A stretch of DNA of 63,669 bases, the filler included, from Asterionella formosa (lineage: Eukaryota): NCBI GenBank assembly GCA_002256025.1. It is 26 parts of 26 records of this genome, joined end to end, with 100 filler letters (N's around TTAATTAATTAA, not from the genome) between each part and the next. Parts side by side here need not be neighbours in the genome. Positions count along the whole stretch, not along the records: positions 49,111 to 51,456 come from NKIB01015402.1; positions 51,557 to 53,900 come from NKIB01015403.1; positions 54,001 to 56,344 come from NKIB01015404.1; positions 56,445 to 58,787 come from NKIB01015405.1; positions 58,888 to 61,228 come from NKIB01015406.1; positions 61,329 to 63,669 come from NKIB01015407.1; 20 more parts are not named here. One strand, written 5' to 3'. Below the pieces are notes generated by a model. The model saw only the letters and a list, made by a program, of their open reading frames with translations. It was not told the DNA's origin and ran no database searches. This document shows positions 50,274 through 62,900 of this stretch, piece by piece; within the stretch, counting starts at the first letter, position 1, and every line of letters begins with the position of its first letter. A program made the translations under genes and the position numbers.

Positions 50274-51456
50274 ATGTCAGACAATGAAGAAATAGTTTGT
50301 GCATCTCAAGATAGATGCATGGTGAAGGAGCTTCCAAGGTCAACTGCACATAACTGCCCGGGATGTGGGTATAGCATTCATGCTCTTTGCGGCCATTTGC
50401 ATGAAGAAGCAGATATTCAGTTCAAAACAACATGCTTCCATTGCTATGAAAAGTTCGGTCGCGCCCTGATGGATCCAGATGATGCATCTGCATTGCAACA
50501 ACTCCAACAAGATGAAGAGAGGAGACATGATTCCAATCAAGGACAAGAGGAGGGCATGGTAGTACTTGCACATATCAATATATTGGATAGCATTTTACCA
50601 CCAGAGATTGACAAACAAGGCAGCACTAGTATTAGAGAACGTGATACACAAAAAGCGAAGAAGGAAGCAAATAAAATGAAGTCCTTACAGCTCATGAATT
50701 TAGCAAATATCAGAGGGAACACAAGAGCAAAATCAACAATGAGCCGGCACCAGTCTGAACATGAAGTCTTTCTGTTATATCTTTATAAACATGAGGACCA
50801 GCTACTAGGACCGGAGATGCTAGCGCAAATCAGATATATCACTGATGATATTGACAACATTCCCATTCATACGAAGAAAACAAGATCAGTGATACACAGT
50901 TTTCTTGAAAGGGAAGTCTGTACAGGATTGCATCCAATTAAATTTGAGGACTTAAAGCCTACAGACTTCGCAAAGTATCTTGGGACCCTCAGTAATCCAG
51001 TGACAGGCTGTCTACTTAGTCAGAAGATGTATAAAAACAAGAAAACATCACTTTACAACCTGTTTAAGAAGTATAAGATGAAGGTTACAGACGACTTTGA
51101 TGATGAGCTGAAAGATCTCATTGCTGGCGTCAAACGAATTGCAAGTAAGGCAAAACAAGATGGGATGGGTAGCCTTGAGGAAGGTAAACGTGAATTGACA
51201 ATCGACCTGTACCGAAAAATAAGCATATGGTTGATTGAAGATGGCTCTCCATCAGCTGTTTTTGCACGTGCATTTTTATGTCTAACTTGGAATTTGATTT
51301 GCCGTGTTGATAGTACTGATGGTGTCTGTATCAAGCATTTGGTTTGGAGTCAAGATGCTGTGGGGATTCGATTTTCTCATACAAAAAATGATCAAGATGG
51401 CTCCAAGAATTTCAAGCCCCGACACTGCTACACCAACCCTGAAGATTTTGCATTGT
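50274..51456 (+). CDS. Crypton (CryptonS-like) tyrosine recombinase with N-terminal Cys/His finger, 3'-truncated
   Basis: EEGKREL..DLY; FLCLTWNLICR (catalytic Arg box); HLVWSQD; HTKNDQDG; PRHCYTNP; pattern recalled from stramenopile Cryptons. Confidence 0.8.
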
Positions 51457-51556
51457 NNNNNNNNNNNNNNNNNNNNNNNNNNNNNNNNNNNNNNNNNNNN
51501 TTAATTAATTAANNNNNNNNNNNNNNNNNNNNNNNNNNNNNNNNNNNNNNNNNNNN

Positions 51557-51861
51557 GAGCATTTGCCTTCCAGTGGCATCGTAGGACTGAAGCGCATCCA
51601 GAAAGATACGCTCCTTTTCGGCTACTGTGAGACGAATGAGTTCCCCACTTTCCGGATCGACGACACAGTATTCCTCGTCAGGACTACTTTCGTTTTTGCT
51701 TGATTCCTATGGGGAAAGATGGAAGTAAGAATTTTTATTTACTCATAAATAGTTACTAACAAAATGGTTATTTGTTTTTAATCAAGTACAGCCATTTGCA
51801 AATAACCGGACGCTGGTGTCGTTTCTTTTGCTCCATCGACCGAGTCGGACAGAAGTGTCAT
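51557..51861 (-). CDS. PGRL1: PGR5-like protein 1 N-terminal fragment (exon 51557-51706; probable intron 51707-51789)
   Basis: YCVVDPESGELIRLTVAEKERIFLDALQSYDATGRQML resembles PGRL1 E..FL.ALQS.Y..G; not in the ORF track; 5' exon uncertain. Confidence 0.65.
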
Positions 51862-52317
51862 GTTTATGTCAGTTCTTGTCACATCTCTTCGTTCCAACTC
51901 CTCTTATTCGAAACCGTTTGATACGGCGGGATACAACCTTCCTCGCTGTTTCCCAAGTCCAATGGTACCACCAGAATGCAGCAAAGTTTTCTTCCCATTC
52001 ATGATCCTTGGGACTTCGTCATGTTGTGGCGTTCTACCCCCTGCTCCATAACCACAGCCACCCTGTCGCGGGCCGTTGCAACGCACGATAATGGGTGATG
52101 TACCAAATTTTTCCGGTATACCGGTAATAGAGGGGGGGCGGGGGACAGCGCTTTGACTTTCACAGCCTCTCTACAGAGCTGCGACAGAAAATAATAGGGA
52201 AAAACATAGTACCACCATAACTGTAGGTGCTACTTAAAGGTGCTGACAAAAGATGTAGACGTACTACCTGGTACCGGTAGTAACTCGTCAGCCTGGTCCT
52301 ACATATGGTGTTCTTTT

Positions 52318-52590
52318 GGTTTTTAGTTTTACGATCATACAATCCTAAAACTATGATATTTACTGTCCCACTGCAGTAGCAACAGTCCTGAATATATGGT
52401 GTTCTATTGGTTTTTAGTTTTACAATCGTACGATCCTAAAATTATGATGATTTACTGTCCCGCTGCAATAGCAGCAGTCATAGACATTTCGTGTTCTATT
52501 GGTTTTTAGTTTACGATCATACGATCCTAAAACTATCATGATTTACTGTCCCACTGCAGTAGCAACAGTCCTGAACATATGGTGTTCTGT
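52318..52590 (+). repeat. ~91-bp tandem repeat, 3 copies
   Basis: Units start ggtttt(t)tagttt near 52318, 52409 and 52501; single unit in the paralogue at ~28942. Confidence 0.9.
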
Positions 52591-54002
52591 TGCTAGTTTA
52601 CTACTCCGACTACCCCCAGTATATCAGTTACTACCTGCTACTGGTACCCTGTATATATATATGATACATTGTTATTGTCATATGATGTACCGGTACACAT
52701 GAAGAGCTCCCGCCCAAAAAAGGGTCTTAAACAATTTGCTACCAAAACCCTTGCGGCATTTGAACGGTCTAAATAATTAGTTTCAATGGACGTAGAAAAT
52801 ATCGATGCAAACAAATTTCAGAGATAATACCGGTACACGTACCGGTAGTCGTGGAAAACAATGGACATATAGTGCATTGAGTATTTTCGAATTATGTATA
52901 TGCGAGTATGATCATCTCAACCATATCAGATGTTCCAAATCGAGAGCGCCTTTGAATTTTATAAAATGTATAACGCTATATATATATATATATTTACAAA
53001 TTTTATTACTATATTCATGGCTAATATATTTTACAAATCGTTCTGTCATGTTAACAAACAATGCCTGCTGCTTCATGAAAAGATACGTTGTAGTAAAGCA
53101 CATGACAAGAAAAGAAAATTTTTGCAATACATAACGAAAAACATTCTGACTTCGACACATTGCGCCTTCGAAGGATGGAGAATGTTTAAGGTAATGAAGC
53201 CATCAATGTGCGTGGTACTTGGATAAAAATCGTCGGGAGGCAGGCAGCACAACAACAAATTGTTAACTAAACGCAGCCACATTTCCTTTTTTCTCAGTTG
53301 ATTCAACAGCTCGTTTCGCTTGTTGGGGAGCACCAATGTAAAACAGAACCAAATTGCGTAATTGCTCTTGTCACTCGTTGGACCTATTCACTTCTGTTGG
53401 AATAAAGCTGACAAAACGTTTACCTTCTCTCAAAGTTAAGATGACAAAAATGAACCGGTAAGTTTTATTCGACAACATTGGATACCCGAAACTTACTTAT
53501 TCAAGAATTTGGCTTACTGACAAGTTACTATAACAGACTTATGCATCAGTTGCATTGATTTGTGGTAAGTGAAGCAAGAGGATACGATGGAATTGCGTGT
53601 CGTTGTTTCAATGTAACATGACTACTAGCTAACAAATCATTCCTTCTCATTGTTTCTGTAACTGCATAGGACCATAAAACCAAACAACGGAATAGTCGGC
53701 GAAAAATGCTAGTATGGCTTGTCAGCTCACGCATTGTTGTTGACAACAGGCAGGGACAATGAGGTCCGGAATGGAAGTTGTTCTGGTAAGATTACTGCGC
53801 TATTTTGACGGCTATATGAGCAACGCTACTGATAACTCACACTGATCTTCCTCTACATTCAATTGACATTGCAGAAAACCCTTTCAATTCAGGAGCATTC
53901 NNNNNNNNNNNNNNNNNNNNNNNNNNNNNNNNNNNNNNNNNNNNTTAATTAATTAANNNNNNNNNNNNNNNNNNNNNNNNNNNNNNNNNNNNNNNNNNNN
54001 GT

Positions 54003-54233
54003 GCCGCAAATGTGTTTGGAGACAACGCAAGTGTGGTAAAGAATGTGACTAGGCCTGAGTCAACGTTAAATAAAAGGCATAATGCGATTGCTTATCACAA
54101 GTGTCATGAGGCTTGTGCATGCGGATCGGCGCGTGTTGCACATGAACCTGGTAAGGCTAACTGCTCTGATGGTCTAACGAAAATACTCACTGGGGTGCCG
54201 TTTTATCATTTTGCCAGGAGTGTTTTATATTAA
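54003..54233 (+). CDS. pol: Ty1/copia RNase H C-terminus
   Basis: FGDNASVV...STLNKRHNAIAYHK...NCSDGLTK. Confidence 0.88.
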   Translation, partial: AANVFGDNASVVKNVTRPESTLNKRHNAIAYHKCHEACACGSARVAHEPGKANCSDGLTKILTGVPFYHFARSVLY

Positions 54234-54274
54234 ATTGTTTCTGTTATATCTATTAGAACATTGCTTGAGAGCGA

Positions 54275-55068
54275 TATTAAGTGATGTTTGATACAGAACA
54301 AGGTTCAATGACTACTGTTCTTTTCCAAAACGGAATAGGAAGACAGTGGGTTGCGAATCGGAATACATGGTACAGCCCAAAATGGACTGAGTGATGAAGA
54401 TCACTGGCAGAACCGGTCGTTATTGTTGCAATGGAGGAGCGTTTTCACGGTGGCATCTGGCAGCCATGGTTACCACCGTGGGGGGACTGGTAAATTCTGG
54501 GTATATATGTCAGGGTGTCTCAGGCGTATGCTCAACGGGGAAACCGTTAGGTGTATTCCTGCGAGGTCTGTCTTGTGACATGCAGGCGCCTGGTACTAGC
54601 GGCCTGTATGACCAGCGTGCATTTTGGTCATCCTTGAGTGGGTAATCCTTGTCTGGAATATGTCGAGTTTTTCCCATCCAACAAGTTGTGTTGGATATTG
54701 CTTTGTGATTACTTCTTTTATGTGGTACCCTTCGATAGCGCTAATTGCAACATTAGGTTCAGTATTCTCCCCATCGCCTGTTTGATAGGAGAATTAGTCG
54801 ATGGGATGGGATGGGATGGGAATGATAAATACGGGAACGAGATTGCTCGGGTTCTCCGGGTAATTGGTGACTTCCTGCTTACTGCAACTGATGAATCAGA
54901 TATCCACAGTATTGATGGGTACTGGTACAACGTGGTTGTACCATCTACGTAGATACATACTAACCTAGTAAAAAGTACTGCTGGAACGGCCTCAAGTCAC
55001 AACTTGTTGGACCTACCATTACAGCAGGGCACTAACAGGCCAATTCGTCTTTAGATAGTATCTTATCA
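54275..55068 (+). mobile_element. Probable LTR (~794 bp, TATTAAG...CTTATCA) between a pol end and a gag start
   Basis: Preceded by purine-rich GAGAGCGA and followed by a PBS-like tract; left boundary approximate. Confidence 0.55.
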
Positions 55069-55082
55069 GATTATGAGACCGA
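55069..55082 (+). promoter_or_regulatory. PBS complementary to a tRNA-Met anticodon arm (GATTATGAGACCGA)
   Basis: Reverse complement UCGGUCUCAUAAUC = stem + CU-CAU-AA loop; same register as the half-tRNA PBS of Drosophila copia. Confidence 0.7.
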
Positions 55083-55121
55083 GTCTACTAGTTCCTGAGT
55101 CGACGAAGAGCTAGTAGAACC

Positions 55122-56344
55122 ATGGATCCGAAAGTTGTGGAATTGTCTGGAATGACTCAACATGAGTTGGAAACACTCGTAAACGCCGGTATGACAAATA
55201 CAGACAACCTTTCCGTCCTCGAAGAAGCGGACATCGTCCACTTACTTCCCAACTCTTCTATCCTGCTTAGGCGCAAGTTGGCAAGACTTGGGACATTTCT
55301 CGCAAGAGGACATGTCGTAAACGTCCAAACAACTATGCAGAATGTCATGGTGACACTAAGCATGCCCATGGCCACTACGGCACAAGCAGTGGTACCAGCA
55401 GTACCAGCCGTGCCTGTAGACCCTACGCGTGGGGCCCCGAAAATATATGTTGATGCACTCAAGGATTTTTCCGGGGATCCAATTGACTGGGAGGAATGGT
55501 ACATTGGTACAGGTGCAACACTTGGGCAGACGGCATATGCAACACTTTTGACAGATACAGGCAAGCCAGTACCAGCTGATACAGTAGGTATGGCACGTGA
55601 CCTTGAATTATACAACATGCTGAAGAAAGCATTGTATAAGGGGACTGCACATCATATAATTGATGCAACTGGGCTCCAGAGTGGTCATGATGCCTGGACT
55701 GGATTGAAGATGTGGTATGGAAAAGCAGAAATATCAAGGACCCTTATTGATCACTACAGGAATCAACTCAATGAGTTACGACTGTCCAATAAGGTGAAAG
55801 CTAACGAGTACATAAACACGTTCATTCTCTACAGTCGAAAGTTGGAAGATAAACATGAAGGCTACACTGAAGCAACAAAACGGACTAAATTCCTTGATCA
55901 AATTGAGGATAAAGACTATGATGTTTGCGTTCAGAACCTTCGTGGTGACACCAACAAGACTTTTGATGAGTGTGTTCAACGCATTCGGAGCAGAGAACAG
56001 GAATTGGAAAGATTCTCACAAGAGAGTTCCACCAAGGCAAGGCGTGCAACAACTTTTACAAGTAGAGGTGGAGCCACACCTAAATCATCTAAAGACAACC
56101 AAATTCCTTTCCTCCCCACACAACTACTCAATACAATTAAATCTAATTCTATCAAGAAAGATCTATTTAAGTGGAGAAGTGTCTGGAATAATGAAGGAAG
56201 GGCAATTCGTGTCGACGAGTTGACTGGCGCCAATGGAGATGCCAAGAAAGACGACAACTCAGTCGAATCTGACGAGGGATGCCACTCCAAGAACAAGCCA
56301 AAGACAAGAAAGCGCAAGAAGAAGGCTAGAAGGACAAAGACCTC
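55122..56344 (+). CDS. gag: Ty1/copia Gag (CoDi-like), 3'-truncated
   Basis: LKDFSGDPIDWEEW; LYNMLKKA..GTAHH; SGHDAW..L..WYG; YINTF; FLDQIED; 40 bp after the PBS. Confidence 0.8.
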
Positions 56345-57567
56345 NNNNNNNNNNNNNNNNNNNNNNNNNNNNNNNNNNNNNNNNNNNNTTAATTAATTAA
56401 NNNNNNNNNNNNNNNNNNNNNNNNNNNNNNNNNNNNNNNNNNNNGACTCTAAACGATATTGGCGTCGATTGCCTGCCATGTACAGGAGATCTAGAGCACG
56501 AAAGACTTGCTAGCAACAACAAGTAGAGCATCCTCAGATTTCCCATGGTCAATTCTCATTCGCCGCTCTTGATGAAAGTACTGATGCTAGCAGTTAGCTA
56601 AGTATCATCAGCTTTTGAACAAGCATGCTGGTTTTTAACTAATAAACTGATGAAATGATCGTTGACTTCAGAATAACAAGAATAAATTACAACGTACTCA
56701 ACCAACATACCGGTACACGACATGAACATACCATCCTCAACTGGACGGGAAAAAAAAGGACGATTTTCCCCACAGATTTAAAATGCTGGCCCCTACTGAT
56801 CGATCATTTGCATACCGGTATGCTGAAGAAATAACACATCATACGTGCTGTCCGCCCATGTATGTGCAAGTATCATCCTCATGTGTGACTACCGGTACCA
56901 GGTACCGGTACCGGTATGGCACCTACAATTCCAAGGCCGAGGTGCGTACACAGTAAGTACCCTGGTACCAGGTTTTATGTACCCTGGTACCACTTAAAAA
57001 CTGTAAAATAAGCCACCGCTATGACGACTTTTGAACTGTAAGCCACCGCTAAACGGAGTAAACGCACGGTTTGAACTTAGTTTGGAAGATACGTTAATTA
57101 TTGTCACGAAGGAGTTGTTCAGATTTATATATCGAGTAAATACGTACGTACTTGTATTGTTGCATTGTGTAAGTTGTTAACTACTTATTACGGCCCAAAG
57201 GTTGCTGTCGACGCGAAATTGCGAAAAATGGAAAATTTCATGTTTACTCTATTGAGCTGGCATCGTCTTTCTACACGTGCACATGTATTTGGAGAAATTC
57301 TTGCCATAGAATTAATTTAGCATTATTAAATGTGTGTACGACGTCATTGTGCTTTCGAATACATTATGCATCAGAAGAATTCGGTGATGATGCAAGCGTA
57401 TACTGCATCGCGCAAAAAAGGTAAAGTGATACGAAAATAGTTTCTGTAGTATAAACGGAGTAAAAATAATCACGGTTTGGGGGGAAAATATACTCATGTA
57501 TGTATAGAAAAATATGCACTGTAAGCCAGTAACTTCCTCAAATACTTGCAATAAAACGGGAACTTGA

Positions 57568-58277
57568 TCAGCATCTTCCAAATGTAGGGTCTCTTGGATT
57601 GAGTTCAGCCGTTTCTGTCATGGAGAGGAGACATTGGCTGCTGAGGATGGTCTCATGCTGAACTATCCAATGCTCGTGAAAATTGGTGCTTTGGAATGTT
57701 CCGGAGCTCTGCATTTTGTGGTAGATAGTATGTCTACATGGGATACCATCATATTTTGTGCTTAAGTTACAGTCGCAAATTGGGGTTTCAACATTCTTGG
57801 CAGCTTTAAATTCCACCAGCTAGTAGCCATGAACAAATCTAGTGCATGTTGCAACATTTTTCGAGTCAAAACAGCAATCGTTGGGTTAGAATGCCGGTGG
57901 GTTATCTGCATTGTCTCTTTCCCTATCAAAGCATTAATCTCAGTGACTTGGTTGTCAAGCATTGTGTCTATCTTTTGAATAGGCAAAAGCGAGTCCTTGG
58001 TGATTTCGTGATTGTGGTCTGGAACAGTTTCGCCTTTTAAAGTCCACAACTTTGTCTTCTTGCTGTATGTGTCTCTGGCCTTGAAAAGGCAATCTATCAG
58101 TTTTGAGCTGGTTTGTCTTTGCCGAGTTGCATCAGTCAGATCAAGGCGGTTATCATAGACTCCTCCATGATAGCATATGAAGAGAATTTGTCTACTGTTG
58201 CTGCCTCTGTACAATTCATTTTGGAAACACACCCATAAACTTATTGTACTTGGTAACAGTCGTTTCAATGCAGCCAT
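57568..58277 (-). pseudogene. MULE/FAR1-type transposase remnant with internal deletion
   Basis: FAR1-like C.HGG.Y...RQRQTSSKLIDCLF...W...HNH followed closely, in another frame, by SWIM CDC....GIPCRH; no room for the DDE core. Confidence 0.7.
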
Positions 58278-59645
58278 TTTTCTCGAGAATCAAATGTGAC
58301 TTGATTCATTAGATTTATGTGGGATAAATTTTCATCTCCCTCCTCTGTATTTTCCCCAATAGGTTCTGACAGCTTTTGTTGATACATCAGAGTCAATTCG
58401 AACACAATGTTTTGTGCATGCATTTGTTTAGTAGCAGCCATCTTGGCGGTGTTGTCAAGGCAACCAAGATTCGTGTGGCAAAAAATGTCGGTGGTTTATA
58501 CGAAGGCTAGGGTTTAAGGGTTTTATCAAAAAGAGGGGGACGAAATATCTTTTTCCTGTTAATAATCTAAACTAAATACATTTATAGCTACCAGTAATGT
58601 AATCACATACCAGCAATATAGACACAGCTTCCGTTCAGACCTCTGTACTTCAGTACCAGGGTACCAGTAGGCAGAAAGGCCAGTACGATGCCTGCATTTC
58701 CCGAGCGAGATCGAACGCTGTGTTGTTCATGTGCGTAAAAACACCTGTGTGTGACGCAACGGTATGTTTTCGATCAACATCGTGTCGNNNNNNNNNNNNN
58801 NNNNNNNNNNNNNNNNNNNNNNNNNNNNNNNTTAATTAATTAANNNNNNNNNNNNNNNNNNNNNNNNNNNNNNNNNNNNNNNNNNNNGCGAGCGGTCTTC
58901 ATTTCCCAGTGTGTTATTGGTACCAGCAGGTACTGGTACCAATCCCTCACATACATAGTTAGACAGAGGTGCTCGCTAGCCAAATACGAATTCGTATATG
59001 TACCGGTAAAAATGCTATGAAGTATGGTAAGTGTGACATGGCGACGATACAACTGCATAATTGTGTACATGTGTAAGAATTCAATTTCTATCTTTCGTGG
59101 TTGTTGCACATGTATTGCACCCTTGTTATTTATTGACGGGTACATGGGTTTTCCTTTGCTATCATGATATTCAGGCTGTCACACTAAATCTAAGTTGTTT
59201 ACACATACATCAAAATGTAGAGTTAACAAATATTCCAGGGCATATTTATACCGGCATATAGTATTGTGTCTGGACTGCAAAATATTTAATATAAACCATG
59301 CATCATATTTTTAAACCGGTAGACTACCGGTAGACTGCTGGTGCCGGAACCGGTACCAGGTACCGTAGTCTTGTTCAGCGAATAGATTTCCATATTACCA
59401 GGTACCTGGTACCGTAGGAACGGTATGTAGAACTCTCGCTGCGGCAGCTAACAGACTGTGCGTGTCCACGTGTACACTCCTTGGTAGGATTACTACATAG
59501 GGTGTACGCACATATCAACTTAGATTATGTGTGAGTAAACGCACTTGGTATGTACAAGGTGAAGTATCTTTTTAGAAGAGGAATATTGGAGCATGCCTCT
59601 GTATCATCATTCAATGGTGTACAGGCACAGTACCAGGGTACAAGG

Positions 59646-59937
59646 TGAAGTATCTAACTGGAAGTAGTAGTATTTGTTAAATATATGAGCTTATTAGTTA
59701 ATCCTTGTTTGCAACTCGTTCTCTAAGTCGACACCAAAGTATACAATAAGGGTTAGTCGAGTTCTCCCATTATTGAGTTCTGATATATATGATATAACAC
59801 TTACTACCCTATATACATCTGTATTGATGTGCAAGATTGCTCACTCTCCCCCACCCAGGGGAAACCTTTTACCAATGAAAAGGTTTGATGCAACAAATAT
59901 TAATTTGTTCCATAATATGCATAGTTCGTTGAAAAGC
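59646..59937 (-). mobile_element. Gypsy 3' end copy: integrase tail, PPT, LTR (59646-59843)
   Basis: Reverse complement of ~47620-47910. Confidence 0.85.
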
Positions 59938-62900
59938 AACCCATTCAAAGGTTAAAGATCAGGACCCACAAAATGAAATAACATTCATCTTATGTCACAT
60001 AGTATATACACAGCAGCCACCAATCCTGGGGTTCCGCCTTAGTTGTGAGACAGTGATTGATCAGAAGCATCATTATCCGTTGTTGTTTTATGTTCAACAA
60101 CTTCATAATAAGATTGCCCTATTGGAACACAACATTTCCCTGAATAACTCTTCTATCAGTGGATACAAAGATTCCAGCATTGCCACTACTGTTTATACAA
60201 GGCAAAGGGATATAGTTGCATTGATAACTTCCTCTCATGCAACCGAAGTAGTTGGTGAAATATTTCATACTAGAAAATTTTGTCCCACCCAGGTAAGTTC
60301 ATGTAAACATTTAAATCTCCTCGAATCACCTTGTTTTTGATACCGTTACCAACCATTTTTACTTTCATTGTCCTTACAGTCTTACAAACATCCTGCTGAA
60401 ACATGTGTGCCAAGTAGTATTGGAATATCAAGTCCAACAAGTCATTGGTTTGCAAGATTGTTCATTTCGTTCTTGTTGAAACATCATCCCAAAATCGCTC
60501 TTGCCGTTAAGGATGATTCTGAATTGGCGGATTGCATCTGGAATGGTGTTGAAGAAGTTTCTCATAGTAGAGGAACCGATTTCCTATCGGTAAGAAGTGC
60601 TAAGGAAAGAAAAGAGTACTTTGACTGTACGTTTGGAGGAATGTGCATTAAATGTATTCATTACTTCCAATTGACATTGAGGAACCATTTCATTCGTTCA
60701 GTTTTGAGTAAGTTTATTTGGATTCTTTATTGTGTTTTTTGATATATTTGTTTGGTGCGTATTCTCTTCTCTTTGCTAGTTGGTGTAACCGAAACCAACT
60801 TTAGGGAGCTTAATAAATCCGATTTTATTTTTGGATTACTTCTCTGTACCAGTTTGTTCACCTGGTGGACACTTGTGATTGTTCCTCCGAGTACTACTGG
60901 GCTTTCCTCTTATTATTAGCTCCTATCAGCTTCTTCCGAACAGGAATCAAGAGTCACGATCATTACTTACTGGGTACAGTAAGATCATTCAAGCACAGGC
61001 TCAGCAAGCAAGGAAAGTGATGTCTTCTTGATGTCCTCACTATGAACTGAGATGGTTGACTTTTAGGCGGCATGGCAGCCATCTCACATATTTTACAACT
61101 CGACCCCAGCCACTACGATTCGCTTGTCACAAATCACCCTTGCTCCTGTTTATATGGATAACTCTGCGCTTATCTTCCGGATAAATCAGTGGAGACATGG
61201 CGGCCCTTCCAGGACGCTGGCTGCTTCTNNNNNNNNNNNNNNNNNNNNNNNNNNNNNNNNNNNNNNNNNNNNTTAATTAATTAANNNNNNNNNNNNNNNN
61301 NNNNNNNNNNNNNNNNNNNNNNNNNNNNACAGCCATTCAAAGGGAGTGGACGAAGCCATTCTAGATATTATTTATTGCCTTTGTTTTGGTGGTTAACGAG
61401 TGATTATAAGGCTTTCATCAAATCCACGGCGACTCCTATTCATTCAGATCTGCCTGTACCGGTAGCATTGTTATTGTTATAGGAAAATAAAGGATGTACC
61501 GTAGGGACATTGCTGCCATCGCACTGGACTACCACTGGTATGCCCACCGGAAATGGTCGTTGCCTGATGCTGCTGCCGCACGCGGTACCTAGTGTGGTAC
61601 AGAATCCATAGTATCCACTTCTTCGATAGGTCTTCTCATCCTGATTGATATCCGCTGTGTATGGGATATATAAAAATATATACAAATACATATATATACT
61701 CCATTTGCAAATATACAGTACCTTCGCTTTTGTTCTTCCTGCCTCTTCAGCTGTACTTGCTCCTCCACGGAGTGGTCGTCAGAATACGTACCAGTATGTA
61801 TACCAGTAGTATGATAAGCAGTATTGTTACACAAGATAAGAGACACATGTCAATCACCGCAACGTTTCGATAACGTTCGTCAATTGCATTGTTGAGCGAT
61901 CGCTCGTCCACACAATTACCGTGTGGTACATCATACTACCGTATATTGTCACATGATTTCCGGAGTACATGTCCTCCACGTGTCGTGTAGATTGGGAATG
62001 TGGGTCCTCCTTTGTTGTTTGTTGAAACAAAAAAATTTAACCCCCCCCCCCATGCATGCAATTTTTTTCTGATATTGAGTGTGCTCAACATATTTGATGT
62101 ACCACTATAAACATCTTTGGAGGAAGGAAAAAAGAAAGGCAATTAGGCCTTTAAAATGCCAACCAAACAATGTTTTGGTTATGGCAACCCTAAAAAATGA
62201 TGCTATCGGGAGTGAAAAACGCAATGCAAACGCATTACATTTAGGGGATTCTGTGCCCATATCCCAACAAATTACCCAAATGCATTAGATTAAGGCATTT
62301 TTTTCCAAAGTTACCTAAATATAGGATTCCATATTGACTACTTTGAATGTAGTTAATAGAAACCCAATTATTATTGTCATAGAATCACTACGACATATAG
62401 GATGCTTCATATATATCATATGTATATAAATATGCAACAATAGCTATACGGTACTCTGGTACCTGGTACCACACTGGTGAGAACAACAACAACAGCAACA
62501 GCAACAACAACAAATAATTGCTGATTTCACCACAATCAACTTGTCGTCAAACCGACACAATAGCATATACCAGTGTGTAGTACCGGTAGTTGGATGACAA
62601 GACAGCAGCATCGATCAAATTGAGGGAAAAACTAACTGGCTGATTCCCAAATAGGAATCATAATATTTCATTTATAAAAGTAGTCTAATAGAAATAATTT
62701 ACATTTTTTATAATGGTTTTGTCATCCTACATCACAGTTGATGGGTGGTTGACAACATTTAGGATTTCCCAAAAACCGATAGTATCATTTTTACGTCAGT
62801 CTGACCAAAACCAAAACCAATCCAAAAATAAGTCTTTGGATTTTGTTTTGGGTCAACGGTTAGCAACGGCCTTGAATCTCGAATGCATTGCACTGCCTTG

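Noticed and set aside
52318..52590. CRISPR-like array
   Set aside because: Whole units repeat with no unique spacers; no cas genes.
60050..60900. Possible decayed Gypsy gag on the minus strand (MRNFFNTIPDAIRQF)
   Set aside because: Only faint motif resemblance amid many stops; needs a translated search.
2362..61329. Regularly spaced TTAATTAATTAA blocks as a CRISPR-like or biological array; gene neighbourhoods across them
   Set aside because: Artificial concatenation spacers embedded in N runs; adjacent contigs are unlinked.
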